This document shows positions 22,691 through 33,900 of a DNA stretch of 64,000 nucleotides, one piece after another. A program made the position numbers and the translations under genes. The stretch is from positions 67,998 through 131,997 of the forward strand of contig CAVZYA010000003.1 of the NCBI GenBank assembly GCA_963779415.1. Reading direction: 5' to 3'. The notes beneath the pieces are model-generated. The model did not search any database. It saw nothing but the letters and a program-made list of their open reading frames with translations, and had not been told where the DNA came from. The stretch comes from an uncultured Acidobacteriota bacterium. GTDB taxonomy: Bacteria > Acidobacteriota > Thermoanaerobaculia > UBA5066. Each line of letters starts with the position of its first letter. Positions within the stretch are counted from its first letter, which is position 1.

Positions 22691-23998
22691 TCATCGTTTC
22701 GGCGAGGCCGGCGCCAGGGCGTCCAGCTCGCCGTCCCGCGCCAGAAGGGAGAGCCGCGAGAGGGCTGCCGCTTCGGCCGCGCGGGACGTCGCCTCCTCGG
22801 CGTCGGCCAGTTCCAGTTCGGCCCGGAGGACGCCGTCCGGCTCGCCGCGCCCTTCCCCCTCCAGCGCCGTCGCGATCCGGAGAGCTTCCCGGGCCAGTTT
22901 CTCTTCCTTCTGCGCGAGCGAGAGATCCCGCGCCGAGATCTCCGCCTCGACGCTCGCGGCGCGCGCGAGCCGCGCCACCTCTTCCTCGCGCGCCCGCCGC
23001 TCCTCGCGCAGTCGCGCCTCGTGCGCCCGCGCGGCGGCCGCGCGCGCGCCGTCGAGACCTCCCGAGAGGACCGGAAGGATGAAGGAGACGCCCGCCGCCG
23101 CCGTGTTCGTGTCGACCTTCACGTAGTACTGGTCGTAGTTGTAGTAGGGCGGGACATAGAGGTACCGCGCCTCCGCGACGATCTGCGGCTTGAACCACCG
23201 GTCCTCGAGCCCCGCCGCGCGCGACGCCGCGGCCACCTCGGCGCCGAGCGCCTTCGCGACGGGATCCGAAGCCACCGCCGCGGCCCCGGAGTCGCCCGGA
23301 GCGCTCTCGGGAAGCTCGCGGAGAGGCTTTTCCGGAAGCGCGATCTCGGCTCCCTCCGGAAGTCCGGTCAGGGTCCCGAGGTCCGAGGCCGCGAGTCTCC
23401 TCCCGCTCTCGGCCGCGGCGACCCGGCCCTCCGCACGTTCCGTCTCGAGCGCGGAGCGCTCCGCGAGCAGTGGGAGGACCCGGCCTTCGCGAGCGAGGGC
23501 CGCGATCCGGACCCCGATCGCCTCGCGCGCGGAAAGACGCCGGCGCGCGATCCCGACCCGGCGCTCCGCTTCCACGTACCGTACGAAGGCGTCCGCCGTC
23601 CTGCGGATCGTCTCGCGTCGGGCTCCCTCGAGAGCGGCCTCGGCGCCGGCGGCCTTCCCGGACGCTGCGGCGGCGTCCGCCTTGAGCGAGGGGTCCCAGA
23701 GCATCAGCCGGAGGCGCGCCCCCGCCGCCGCCGGCGGCTCCCCCGCGACGGAGAGGGGCAGACCGGTCGTCACGCCCGGCGTGGAGGTGACGAAGAACTG
23801 AGGCCGGAAGGCGCTCGACGCCGCCGCCGCGCCCGCGGCCGCCTCGTCGGCACCTCGCGCCGCCGCGAGGTACGTCGGGTCCCGCTCGAGCGCCCGGGCG
23901 ACCGCCGTCCGGAGCGTGAGAGGCGCCGGCGGCTCGGCCGCACACGGCATCGCCAGAAGCGCGAGCGAGAGGATCGCCGTCCTTCCGCGGTCACTCAT
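22691..23998 (-). CDS. TolC-family outer membrane efflux protein
   Basis: 435-aa ORF with a signal peptide MSDRGRTAILSLALLAMPCAAEP, then LTLRTAVARALERDPTYLAARG, and two coiled-coil/beta-barrel repeats typical of outer membrane factor proteins. Confidence 0.8.
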   Translation of the reverse strand: MSDRGRTAILSLALLAMPCAAEPPAPLTLRTAVARALERDPTYLAAARGADEAAAGAAAASSAFRPQFFVTSTPGVTTGLPLSVAGEPPAAAGARLRLMLWDPSLKADAAAASGKAAGAEAALEGARRETIRRTADAFVRYVEAERRVGIARRRLSAREAIGVRIAALAREGRVLPLLAERSALETERAEGRVAAAESGRRLAASDLGTLTGLPEGAEIALPEKPLRELPESAPGDSGAAAVASDPVAKALGAEVAAASRAAGLEDRWFKPQIVAEARYLYVPPYYNYDQYYVKVDTNTAAAGVSFILPVLSGGLDGARAAAARAHEARLREERRAREEEVARLARAASVEAEISARDLSLAQKEEKLAREALRIATALEGEGRGEPDGVLRAELELADAEEATSRAAEAAALSRLSLLARDGELDALAPASPKR

Positions 23999-25196
23999 GC
24001 CGCAGCGCCTCCACGGGGCTCAGACTCGCGGCCCGCATCGCGGGAAAGACGCCGAAGAGGATCGTCACGCCGCTCGAGAAGAGAAACGCGAGGATCCCCG
24101 AGAGAGCCGACACCCGGATCGTGACGCCCGTGACGACGAACCGGGCCGCCAGGGGGAGCCCGAGACCGAGCAGAACGCCGATCAGCGAGCCGAAGCAGCC
24201 GAGGAGGAAGGCCTCGAGGAGAAACTGCCGGAGGATGTCTCCTCGCCGGGCACCGAGAGACTTCCGGAGGCCGATCTCCCGCGTCCGCTGCTCCACCGAG
24301 GCGAGGAGGATGTTCATGATGCCGACGCCTCCGACGACGACCGAGACGGCCGCGGCGACGACGAAGACGAGGATCAGGCCCGACGAGATCGCCTCGGCCA
24401 CCCGGATGACCGTCGTCATGCTCTCCACCTTGAAGACCGCCCCCTGCCGGTGGCGTTCGCGAAGGAGCGACTCCATCGCGGTGACGCCTTCGGGGATCAG
24501 GGCGAACTCCCTCACCTCGGCGAAGAGGGTATCGACCCGCCGGATCGGCGTGAAGAACCAGCCCACGGTGATCGGGATGAAGATGGTCCTCGGGATCACC
24601 TCGCCCTGCCCCATCGTGTCGACCGGCTTGTCGAAGACCCCGACGATCCGGAAGGTCATCCCGAGGGTCCGGAGCGTCTTCTCGCCGATCGGCTCGCCGC
24701 CGAAGAGCTCCTCGTAGAGGGGGCGGTTCACGACGCAGACCTTCGCCCGCGAGAGGACGTCGTCGTCGTCGAGGAACCGCCCGTCGACGATCCGGACGTT
24801 CCGCCGGATCACCATGTAGTTCGGCGTCGTCCCGACGATCCGGAGGGTGGCCGAGGTCGCGAGCGTCGTCACGGTTCCCTGGAGCTCGACGATCGGCGTC
24901 ACCCCGCGGTAGAGGTCCGTCCGGGCCGCGAGGGCCTTCGCGTCTCCCTCGGTGATCTGGTCGTCGCGAAGGCGCGAGACGCCCGAGGTGACGGTCCCCT
25001 GGTACGTCGCCCAGACGAGGTGCGAGCCGACCCCCTCGATCTGTTCCATGACGAAGCCGCGCCCCGTCAGGCCGAGCGAGACGATCAGGATGATGGCGGC
25101 GGTTCCGACGATCAGGCCCGCGAGCGTGAGCCACGTCTGGACCGGGTGCGTCCGGAACCGGTTGAGCGCCGTGTCGAGGACTTCGGCGAAGACCAT
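23991..25196 (-). CDS. FtsX/MacB-family ABC-transporter permease (DevC-like). No ATPase domain is present in the gene or nearby.
   Basis: The real start MVFAEVLDTALNRFRTHPVQTWLTLAGLIVGTAAIILIVSLG overlaps the HlyD stop. It has an N-terminal TM helix, a large periplasmic domain and a C-terminal FtsX 3-TM module (...GIMNILLASVEQRTREIGLRKSLGARRGDILRQFLLEA...). Confidence 0.8.
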   Translation of the reverse strand: MVFAEVLDTALNRFRTHPVQTWLTLAGLIVGTAAIILIVSLGLTGRGFVMEQIEGVGSHLVWATYQGTVTSGVSRLRDDQITEGDAKALAARTDLYRGVTPIVELQGTVTTLATSATLRIVGTTPNYMVIRRNVRIVDGRFLDDDDVLSRAKVCVVNRPLYEELFGGEPIGEKTLRTLGMTFRIVGVFDKPVDTMGQGEVIPRTIFIPITVGWFFTPIRRVDTLFAEVREFALIPEGVTAMESLLRERHRQGAVFKVESMTTVIRVAEAISSGLILVFVVAAAVSVVVGGVGIMNILLASVEQRTREIGLRKSLGARRGDILRQFLLEAFLLGCFGSLIGVLLGLGLPLAARFVVTGVTIRVSALSGILAFLFSSGVTILFGVFPAMRAASLSPVEALRHE

Positions 25197-25200
25197 GCCG

Positions 25201-26388
25201 TCAGCGCCGGACGACCTGGATCGGCATGCCGTCCACGAGCGGCGTCGCTCCCGGGAGAAGGACCGGGTCCCCCGATGCAAGGCCCGACTTCACCTCGGCC
25301 TCGGCGATCCCCATGAGCCCCACGGTGACGTCCCGGCGGCGCGCGTGGGCGCCATCGGGAACCCAGACGAACCGTCTTTCGCCGTCGCGGACGATCGCCC
25401 CGCGCGGCACCACGAGGGCCCCCTTTCTCTCGCCGGCCACGATCTCGACATTCACCGAGGCGTTCGGCGGAAGCTCCCCGGAAGGATCGCGGATCTCGCC
25501 GAGGACGTCCGACACCTCGCGGCCGCCGACGTCGCGGAGGCTCGGCGAGACGCTCGCGATCGTCCCCTCCCAGCTCTTCTCGGGGAGACCGTCGAAGGTG
25601 ACGCGCATCCGGAGGCCCGGGGTGATCCGGGGAAGGTCGGGCTGGTCGACGCGCGCGCGGACGATCCGCGACTCCGGGTCGGCGACGCCCGCCACGACCT
25701 GCCCCGGCGCCACGGTCTCGCCCGCCTTCCGGGGGAGGCCGTAGACCATCCCGTCCCGCGGCGCGCGCATCGTGAGCGCCGCGACGCGCCCTTCGAGATC
25801 GCGCGCGGACGCTTCCACGAGCTCGAGCCGCGAGGGCGCCCCGTTACCGTCCCTCACGAGCGAGGCGAGACGCGCCTCCGCGCTCCGGAGCCGGTCCTCC
25901 GCCTCCCGGAGCGCCGCGTCACTCGCGTCGGCCGCCTCCCGGGTGACCGCCTTCTCCGAAAGGAGGCGCCGGTCGGCCTCGGCATCCCGGCGCTTCACGG
26001 CCAGCTCGCGGCGGGCGCGGTCCGCGTCGCCCGCCGCCTGCGTCTTTTCGGCCGCGAGCCTCAGGGCCTCGGCCCGCGCTTCGCGCGCCTTCTCCGCGAG
26101 AAGCGGGCTTTCGAGCCGGACGAGGAGCTCCCCCTTCCGCACCCGGTCGCCGTCGCGGACGAGCACTTCCCCGACGCTCGCCGCGTCGAGAGCGCGAAGC
26201 TCCCCGCCCGGCGCGGGCTCGAGCGTCCCGTCGCAGAGGATCGGCACGATCAGGTCCGCGCGCGAGGCCTTCGCCTCGGTGACGACGGGCGGCTTCGGGC
26301 GCCAGAAGCTCGCGGCGGCGAGGAGAACGGCGAGCGCTCCGGCGGCGACGAGGAGGAAGCGAAGGGGGCGCGGGGGACCGGAGGCCAT
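25201..26388 (-). CDS. HlyD-family periplasmic adaptor (membrane fusion protein)
   Basis: 395-aa ORF with an N-terminal TM helix, a lipoyl/barrel-sandwich motif (EVLVRDGDRVRKGELLVRLESP), a long coiled coil and a C-terminal beta-barrel. Confidence 0.8.
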   Translation of the reverse strand: MASGPPRPLRFLLVAAGALAVLLAAASFWRPKPPVVTEAKASRADLIVPILCDGTLEPAPGGELRALDAASVGEVLVRDGDRVRKGELLVRLESPLLAEKAREARAEALRLAAEKTQAAGDADRARRELAVKRRDAEADRRLLSEKAVTREAADASDAALREAEDRLRSAEARLASLVRDGNGAPSRLELVEASARDLEGRVAALTMRAPRDGMVYGLPRKAGETVAPGQVVAGVADPESRIVRARVDQPDLPRITPGLRMRVTFDGLPEKSWEGTIASVSPSLRDVGGREVSDVLGEIRDPSGELPPNASVNVEIVAGERKGALVVPRGAIVRDGERRFVWVPDGAHARRRDVTVGLMGIAEAEVKSGLASGDPVLLPGATPLVDGMPIQVVRR

Positions 26389-26397
26389 GCGGAGATG

Positions 26398-27867
26398 TTA
26401 CGGGAAAGAGAATCCGGTGGAAGGCGACGGCGGCTGGTCCGTGGGGCTCCAGGCCCCGCCGAGAGCCGTGATGAGGCTGACGCTCGCCGTCATCTGCCTC
26501 GTCCGGATGTCCACGGCCACGCGCTCGATCGAGAGAGCCGCGGCCTGGGCCGTCACGACCTCGAGGTACGTCGTGACCCCTCCTTCGTAACGGTTCCGGG
26601 ACATCGTCACCGAGCGCTCGGCGGCCGCAACCGCCGCGGCCTGCTGCCGGGCCTCCTGCGAGAGGAGCCGGAGCGCCGCGAGGCTGTCCTCCACCTGGGC
26701 CAGCGCGGCGAGCACGTCGGCCCGATACGTCGCCACCGCCCCGTCGTAGGTCGCGCGGGCCTGCTCCTCGACGGAGCGTCTCTTCCCGGCGTCGAACAGG
26801 GTCTCGGCGAGCGCCGCCCCGACCGACCAGAAGAGGCTCGGCGCGGAGAAGAACTTCGCGATATCGGCGCTCTGCCATCCCCCGGTGGCCGAGAAGAGAA
26901 GTCGCGGAAAGAACGCCGCCGTCGCGACGCCGATCTGCGCATTCGCCGCCGCCATGCGGCGCTCCGCGGCGGCGACGTCCGGCCGGCGCTCCAGGAGCTC
27001 CGAGGGGAGTCCGACCGGAATCGCCGGAGGCCGGACCTCCGCCAGGTCCGGCGGCAGGGTGAAATCGGCCGGCGGCTTGCCGACGAGGATCGCGATCGCA
27101 TGCTCGAGCTGCGCCCTCGCGATGCCGACGTCCGTCGCCTGGGCGCGCGTCGCCTCGAGCTGCGTCCGGGCCAGAGCCACGTCCACCCCCGAAACGACGC
27201 CCTGCCGGTACCGGTTGAGCGTGAGCTGAAGCGCCTTCTCGTAGGCCGCGACGTTCGTCTCGAGAAGCCGCTTCTCGGCATCGGCCCCCCGGAGAAGGAA
27301 GTAGTCGAGCGCCAGCTCGGCGTGAAGGCTCAGGCGAACGGCTTCGAGATCGGCCGCGCTCGCCTGTGCGGTCGCCACGCTTTCTTCGACGTTCCTCCGG
27401 ACGCGCCCCCAGACGTCGGCTTCCCACGAGACCGCGAGCGGCAGCTGGAAGTCGTTGCCGGTGGTCCGGGGGGTGCCGGCCGGCGTCCCGGGCGCGGTCG
27501 TCGACGAGCTGCCTCGGACCGCGGAGGGCGCCGTCGCCACGGTCGGGAAGAGATCGGCGCGCGCTCCCTGGACCGCCGCGCGCGCCCCCCGGAACTGCGC
27601 ATCGGCCAGGGCGAGGTTCTGGTTCGAGACGTCGATTTCGGCCTCGAGTCCGTTCAGGACGGGGTCGCCGAAGATCTCCCACCAGCTTCCGCGGGACGCG
27701 CCGTCCCGAGGCTCTGCTCTCTTCCAGGCGTCGGGGTCGGCCGCACCGGCCGGCACGAGCTCCTTGTAGGCCGCCGGCACGCTCGCCGGAGGCTTCTGAT
27801 AGTCCGGGCCGACGGCGCAGGCTGAAAGGAGAAGCACCGTCGAAGCGACGAGGACGCGGCGAGCCAT
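26398..27867 (-). CDS. RND efflux outer membrane factor lipoprotein, NodT family
   Basis: The start MARRVLVASTVLLLSACAVGPDYQKPP has a lipobox; OMF repeats follow. The start overlaps the stop of the upstream RND pump as TGATG. The tracked 1397-aa ORF is an artificial run-on into antisense of mdtC. Confidence 0.85.
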   Translation of the reverse strand: MARRVLVASTVLLLSACAVGPDYQKPPASVPAAYKELVPAGAADPDAWKRAEPRDGASRGSWWEIFGDPVLNGLEAEIDVSNQNLALADAQFRGARAAVQGARADLFPTVATAPSAVRGSSSTTAPGTPAGTPRTTGNDFQLPLAVSWEADVWGRVRRNVEESVATAQASAADLEAVRLSLHAELALDYFLLRGADAEKRLLETNVAAYEKALQLTLNRYRQGVVSGVDVALARTQLEATRAQATDVGIARAQLEHAIAILVGKPPADFTLPPDLAEVRPPAIPVGLPSELLERRPDVAAAERRMAAANAQIGVATAAFFPRLLFSATGGWQSADIAKFFSAPSLFWSVGAALAETLFDAGKRRSVEEQARATYDGAVATYRADVLAALAQVEDSLAALRLLSQEARQQAAAVAAAERSVTMSRNRYEGGVTTYLEVVTAQAAALSIERVAVDIRTRQMTASVSLITALGGAWSPTDQPPSPSTGFSFP

Positions 27868-30800
27868 CACGTTCTCCCCAGAGCGGGCACGACTCTCCGG
27901 ACGAGCCCGCGTCGAACCTTTTCCCACCGGAGCCGGAACCGGTCGAGGTAGAGATAGACCACCGGCGTCGTGTAGAGCGTCAGCATCTGGCTGAAGATCA
28001 GACCGCCGACGATCGCGATGCCCAGCGGACGGCGAAGCTCGGACCCCGTGCCGCCGCCGATCGCGAGCGGCAGGCCCCCGAGAAGGGCCGCCATCGTCGT
28101 CATCGTGATGGGCCGGAAGCGGAGCATGCACGCCTGGAAGATGGCCTCCTCCGGGCTCTTCCCTTCCCGCCGCTCGGCCTCGATGGCGAAGTCGATCATC
28201 AGGATCCCGTTCTTCTTCACGATCCCGATCAGAAGGAAGACGCCGATGAGCGCGATGACGGAGAGCTCCGTCCGGAAGAAGAGGAGGGCGAGGAGCGCAC
28301 CGACCCCGGCGGAGGGGAGCGTCGACAGAATCGTCAGCGGGTGAATCAGGCTCTCGTAGAGGATGCCGAGGACGATGTAGACGGCCAGAAGCGCCGCCGC
28401 GATGAGAATCGGCTCGTTGGCGAGCGAGGCCTGGAAGGCCTGCGCCGTCCCCTGAAAGCTCCCCCGGATGTCGGCCGGCAGGCGGATCTCCGCCCGGGCC
28501 CGCTGAATGGCGTCGACGGCCGTGCCGAGGGCGACGCCGACGGGAAGGTTGAACGAGATGGTGACCGACGGGAACTGCCCCTGGTGGTTCACCTGAAGCG
28601 GCGCCGTATTGGCCTCGAAGTGCGTGAAGGCGGCCAGCGGAACCATTCCGCCGCCGCTTCCGCGGACGTAGATCTGCTTGAGCCCGTCCGGGTTCTGCCA
28701 GAACTGCGAGTCGACCGCCATCACCACGTGGTACTGGTTGAGCGACGTGTACATGGTCGACACCTGGCGCTGGCCGAAGGCGTCGTAGAGCGTGTCGTCG
28801 ATCACCTGCTGCGTGATGCCGAGTCGCGACGCCGTGTTCCGGTCGATGGTCAGCGCGGCCTGGAGCCCCTTGTTCTGCTGGTCGCTGTTGACGTCGGCCA
28901 GTTCGCGCAGCGTCCGGAGCTTCTCGTAGACGCGGGGAGCCCACTGGAACAGCTCGTTCGGGTCGTCCCCCTGAAGGGTGTACTGGTACTGCGCGGCGCC
29001 GAACCGTCCCCCCATCCTCACGTCCTGGATCGCCTGGAGGTAGAGGGTCGCGCCCGGCACGTGCGCGAGCTTTCCGCGCAGGCGGGCGATGACCTGGTCC
29101 ACCGTCACGTCCCGCTCGCCCACGGGCTTCAGCCCCGCGAAGACCCGCCCCGTGTTCACCGTCCCTCCCCCGAGGAAGCCGGCGGCGCTCTCGATTGCGG
29201 GATCCTCCATGAGCGTCTTCACGAACTCGGTCAGCTTGCCCCGCATCGACTGGAAAGAGGCGTCCTGGTCCCCCACGATCGAGCCGTTCATCCGCCCGGT
29301 GTCCTGCTGCGGGAAGAAGCCCTTGGGGATCTTCGCGTAGAGGTAGACGGTGGCCGCCATCGTGCCGAGCGTCACCGCGATCGTCAGGCGCTGATGCCGG
29401 AGCACCCAGCCGAGCGACCGCTCGTAGCCGCCGAGGATCCTCGTGAACGCCCGCTCGCTGGCCCGGTTGAGCCGCCCTCTTCTCTCCTCCCCGTGCGGGC
29501 GCAGGAGCCTCGCGCACATCATGGGCGTCGCCGTGAGGGAAACGACCATGGAGATGCCGATGGCCACCGAGAGCGTCACCGCGAACTCTCGGAAGAGCCG
29601 CCCGACGAGCCCTCCCATCAGGAGAATCGGAATGAAGACCGCCACGAGCGACAGGCTCATCGAGATGACCGTGAAGCCGATCTCCTTCGCGCCGAGGAGA
29701 GCGGCCTCCATCGGCTTCATCCCTCCCTCGACGTGCCGGGTGATGTTCTCGACGACGACGATGGCGTCGTCCACGACGAACCCCGTCGCGATCGTCAGGG
29801 CCATCAGCGAGAGGTTGTCGATCGAGTAGCCCAGGAGATACATCACGCCGAAAGTGCCGACGAGCGAGATCGGGACGGCGACGGTCGGGATGAAGGTCGA
29901 GCGGGCACTCCGGAGGAAGACGAAGACGACGAGGACGACGAGGGAAATCGCGATCAGCAGCGTGATCTCCACGTCCCTCACGGACGCCCGGATCGTCCGC
30001 GTGGCGTCGATCATGACCGAGAGCTTGATCGTGGGCGGGATCGCCGCCTGGAGCTGCGGCAGGGCCGCCCGGACTCCGTCCACGGTCTCGATGATGTTCG
30101 CGCCGGGTTGGCGGAAGACGATGATGATGACGGCCGGCTTTCCGTTCGCGAGGCCGGCGTTCAGGACGTTCTCGACCGAGTCCGTGACCCTGGCGACGTC
30201 CTCGAGCGTCACGGCGGCACCGTTCCGGTAACGGACGAGGAGAGGCCGGTACTCCGCGGCCTTGAGAAGCTGGTCCGTCGTGGAGAGGGACCAGGCCCTG
30301 TCGATGGAGGCGAGTTCGCCCTTCGGGCGATTCGCGTTGGCGGACGCGAGGACCGCGCGGACGTCCTCGAGCGACAGGCCGTTGTTGTTCAGGGCCGTCG
30401 GATTCACCTCCACCCGGACGGCCGGCAGGGCTCCACCGCCGACGAAGACCTGTCCGACTCCTCCCACCTGGGAGAGCTTCTGCTGGAGGATGGAGGCCGC
30501 GATGTCGTACATCTTCGGCCGGCCGACGACGTCGGACGTGAGCGCGAGAAGCATGATCGGGGCGTCGGCCGGGTTGACCTTCCGGTACCACGGGTTGTTC
30601 GGCAGGTTGGCCGGAAGCTGCCCCCGGGCCGCGTTGATGGCGGCCTGAACGTCGCGCGCCGCGGCGTCGATGTTCCGGTTCAGGTCGAACTGGAGCGTCA
30701 CGTTCGTCGATCCGAGGGAGCTCGAGGAGGTCATCTCGGTCACGCCGGCGATCCTCCCGAACTGGCGCTCCAGCGGCGTGGCCACCGAGGAGGCCATCGT

Positions 30801-30971
30801 CTCGGGGCTCGCTCCCGGAAGCCCCGCCGAGACGCTGATCGTCGGGAAGTCCACCTGGGGCAGCGGCGACACGGGGAGGAACCGGTAGCCGATCGCGCCG
30901 GCCAGGGCGATCGCGACCATCAGGAGGGTCGTGGCGATCGGCCGGCGGATGAACGGCGCCGAGAGGTTCAT
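27867..30971 (-). CDS. mdtC: RND multidrug efflux transporter, MdtC-like (intact)
   Basis: About 1034 aa from MNLSAPFIRRPIATTLLMVAIALAGAIGYRFLPVSPLPQVDFPTISV..., ending ...RLRWEKVRRGLVRRVVPALGRT. Its start overlaps the mdtB stop as ATGA. Confidence 0.88.
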   Translation of the reverse strand: MNLSAPFIRRPIATTLLMVAIALAGAIGYRFLPVSPLPQVDFPTISVSAGLPGASPETMASSVATPLERQFGRIAGVTEMTSSSSLGSTNVTLQFDLNRNIDAAARDVQAAINAARGQLPANLPNNPWYRKVNPADAPIMLLALTSDVVGRPKMYDIAASILQQKLSQVGGVGQVFVGGGALPAVRVEVNPTALNNNGLSLEDVRAVLASANANRPKGELASIDRAWSLSTTDQLLKAAEYRPLLVRYRNGAAVTLEDVARVTDSVENVLNAGLANGKPAVIIIVFRQPGANIIETVDGVRAALPQLQAAIPPTIKLSVMIDATRTIRASVRDVEITLLIAISLVVLVVFVFLRSARSTFIPTVAVPISLVGTFGVMYLLGYSIDNLSLMALTIATGFVVDDAIVVVENITRHVEGGMKPMEAALLGAKEIGFTVISMSLSLVAVFIPILLMGGLVGRLFREFAVTLSVAIGISMVVSLTATPMMCARLLRPHGEERRGRLNRASERAFTRILGGYERSLGWVLRHQRLTIAVTLGTMAATVYLYAKIPKGFFPQQDTGRMNGSIVGDQDASFQSMRGKLTEFVKTLMEDPAIESAAGFLGGGTVNTGRVFAGLKPVGERDVTVDQVIARLRGKLAHVPGATLYLQAIQDVRMGGRFGAAQYQYTLQGDDPNELFQWAPRVYEKLRTLRELADVNSDQQNKGLQAALTIDRNTASRLGITQQVIDDTLYDAFGQRQVSTMYTSLNQYHVVMAVDSQFWQNPDGLKQIYVRGSGGGMVPLAAFTHFEANTAPLQVNHQGQFPSVTISFNLPVGVALGTAVDAIQRARAEIRLPADIRGSFQGTAQAFQASLANEPILIAAALLAVYIVLGILYESLIHPLTILSTLPSAGVGALLALLFFRTELSVIALIGVFLLIGIVKKNGILMIDFAIEAERREGKSPEEAIFQACMLRFRPITMTTMAALLGGLPLAIGGGTGSELRRPLGIAIVGGLIFSQMLTLYTTPVVYLYLDRFRLRWEKVRRGLVRRVVPALGRT

Positions 30972-33900
30972 CTTCCCTCGGCTCCGAGGGCCGGCAGGGA
31001 CGCGGCCGCCCGCCTGGCTCTCGATCCCATGAAGCGATGGGCGAGCCGGTCGAAGGCGAGATAGATCACCGGCGTCGTGTAGAGCGTCAGGAGCTGGCTG
31101 AAGATCAGCCCGCCGACGATGGCGATTCCGAGCGGGCGCCGAAGCTCCGAGCCGATCCCCGAGCCGAGGGCGAGCGGGATTCCGGCGAAGAGCGCCGCCA
31201 TCGTCGTCATCAGGATCGGGCGAAACCGGAGCAGCGCCGCCTGGAAGATCGCGTCGGCCGGGGCTTTCTTCTCCTTCCGCTCGGCGTCGAGCGCGAAGTC
31301 GATCATCATGATGGCGTTCTTCTCGACGATCCCGATGAGCAGGATGATCCCGATCAGGGCGATCACGGAGAAGTCGGTGCGGCAGACCATCAGCGACAGC
31401 AAAGCGCCGACGCCCGCCGAGGGAAGCGTCGAGAGGATCGTCACGGGGTGGATGTAGCTCTCGTAGAGGACCCCGAGCAGGATGTAGACCGTGACGATCG
31501 CCGCGAGGATCAGGAACGGGGTGTTCACGAGCGACGCCCGGAACGCCTGCGCCGTCCCCTGGAAGCTCGTCTGGACGCTCGCCGGAAGCCCGACCTCCTG
31601 TCCGGCTTTCTCGATCGCCCGGACGGCATCTCCGAGCGAAGAGCCCGGTGCGAGGTTGAAGGAGACGGTGACGACGGGGAACTGCCCCTGGTGGTTCACC
31701 GCGAGCGGCGCGTTGCCGACCTGGATGTCCGTGAAGGAGCCGAGCGGGACGGCTCCGCCGCCGCTCCCGCGCAGGAAGACGCTCTTCAGGTCGTCCGGCT
31801 TCCGCTGGAAGTTGGGATGGGACTCCAGCACGACGCGGTACTGGTTCAGCTCCGTGAACATCGTCGAGACCTGCCGCTGGCCGAAGGAGTCGTAGAGAGC
31901 GTCGTCGAGCATCTGCGGCGTGATGCCGAGGCGAGACGCCGTCGTCCGGTCCAGAGTCAGGCGCGCCTCGAGGCCGGCCGTCTGCTGGTCGCTCGCGACG
32001 TCGCGAAGGTCGGGGATCTGCTGCAGCCGGGCTGACGAAGCGCGGCGCCCAGACGGCGAGCTCCTTCGTATCCGGATCCTCGAGGCTGTACTGGTACTGC
32101 GTGCGGCTGACCCGGTCCTCGACGGTCAGGTCCTGTACCGGCTGCATGAAGAGGGTGATCCCCTCCTCCTTCGCCAGCTCCGGCTGGAGGCGCCGGATGA
32201 TCTCGCTCGCGCTCGCCTTCCGCTCTTCGAGGGGCTTCAGGTTGATCTGGATCCGCCCGCTGTTCATCGTCGTGTTCGTGCCGTCGATCCCGATGAACGA
32301 GGAGAGGCTCTCGACCGCGGGATCCTTCAGGAGGACCCGCGCGAGCGCCTGCTGCCGCTCGGCCATGGCGGGGAACGAGATGGCCTGCGAGGCTTCCGAA
32401 ATGCCGAGGATCACCCCGGTGTCCTGGACCGGGAAAAACCCTTTCGGGATCACGACGTAGAGGAGGATCGTCGCGGCGAGGGTCGCGATGGCCACGACGA
32501 GCGTCGCCTGCTGGTGCTTCAGCACCCACCCGAGCGTCCGGCCGTAGAACGCGATGATCCGGTCGAAGGCGCGCTGGGAGACGAGGTAGAAGCGTGTCTG
32601 CTCCGAGGGTGCCTTGTATCGGAGGAGCCGGGCGCACATCATCGGCGTGAGCGTCAGAGAGACCGCGGCGGAGATCAGGATCGTCACCGAAAGAGTGATC
32701 GCGAACTCGCGGAAGAGCCGCCCGACGATGTCGCCCATGAAGAGGAGCGGGATGAGGACGGCGATGAGCGAGACGGTCAGCGAGAGGATCGTGAAGCCGA
32801 TCTGCTCGGACCCCTTCAGCGCCGCCTCGAGCGGGGGGACCCCTTCCTCGATGTAGCGGGAGATGTTCTCGATCATCACGATCGCGTCGTCCACGACGAA
32901 GCCCGTCGAGATCGTCAGCGCCATGAGCGTCAGGTTGTTCAGGGAGAAGCCGAGCAGGTACATCGCCCCGAAGGTCCCGACGAGCGAGAGCGGGACGGCC
33001 ACGCTCGGGATGACGGTCCCGACGGCCGTCCGGAGGAAGAGGAAGATGACCATGACGACGAGGCCGATCGTGAGCATCAGCTCGAACTCGACGTCCCGGA
33101 CGGAAGCGCGAATCGTCGTCGTCCGGTCCGTGAGAATCGAGACCTTCACGGCCGAGGGAAGCGACGCCCGGAGCTGGGGGAGGAGCCTCTTGACGCGGTC
33201 GACGACAGCGATGATGTTCGCGCCGGGCTGGCGCTGGATGTTCACGATGACGGCCGGGGTCCGGTTCATCCAGGCGGCCTGCTTCACGTTCTCGGCGGAG
33301 TCGACGACCGCGGCCACGTCGGAGAGATGGACGGGGGCGCCGTTCCGGTAGGCGACGATCAGGGGCTTGTACTGGTCGCTCGAGAGGAGCTGGTCGTTCG
33401 CCCAGATCGAGTAGGACTGGCGCGTGCCGTCGAAAGCCCCCTTGGCCTGGTTGACGTTCGCCTGCGAGAGCGCGGTCCGGATGTCCTCCATCGTGAGGCC
33501 GTACGACGAAAGCGCCGTCGGGTTCACCTGCACGCGGACGGCGGGCTTCTGGCCTCCGCTGATGCTGACGAGGCCGACGCCGGGGAGCTGCGAGATCTTC
33601 TGGGCGAAGCGGGTGTCGGCGAGGTCCTCCACCTTCGAGAGCGGGAACGTCTCGGAGGTCAGGGCCAAGCGTCAGGATCGGCGCGTCCGCCGGGTTGATC
33701 TTGCTGTAGATGGGCGGGTTGGGCAGGTCCCGGGGAAGGTAGGTCCCCGACGCGTTGATGGCGGCCTGGACCTCCTGCTCCGCCACGTCGATGTTGAGCT
33801 CCAGGACGAACTGGAGGGTGATGACCGAGCTTCCCGACGAGCTCGCCGACGTCATCTGGTTGAGCCCCGGCATCTGGCCGAACTGGCGCTCGAGTGGCGC

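Noticed and set aside
27867-33668. 1933-aa minus-strand ORF, and the overlapping 1397-aa ORF (26398..30591)
   Set aside because: These are not single proteins. The first is the frame-shifted middle of mdtB run together with the intact mdtC, with a junk linker in between. The second is the outer membrane factor gene fused to an antisense or out-of-frame read-through of mdtC. Real gene boundaries were set from ATGA/TGATG overlaps and N-terminal motifs (MNLSAPFIRRP..., MARRVLVAS...LLSAC).
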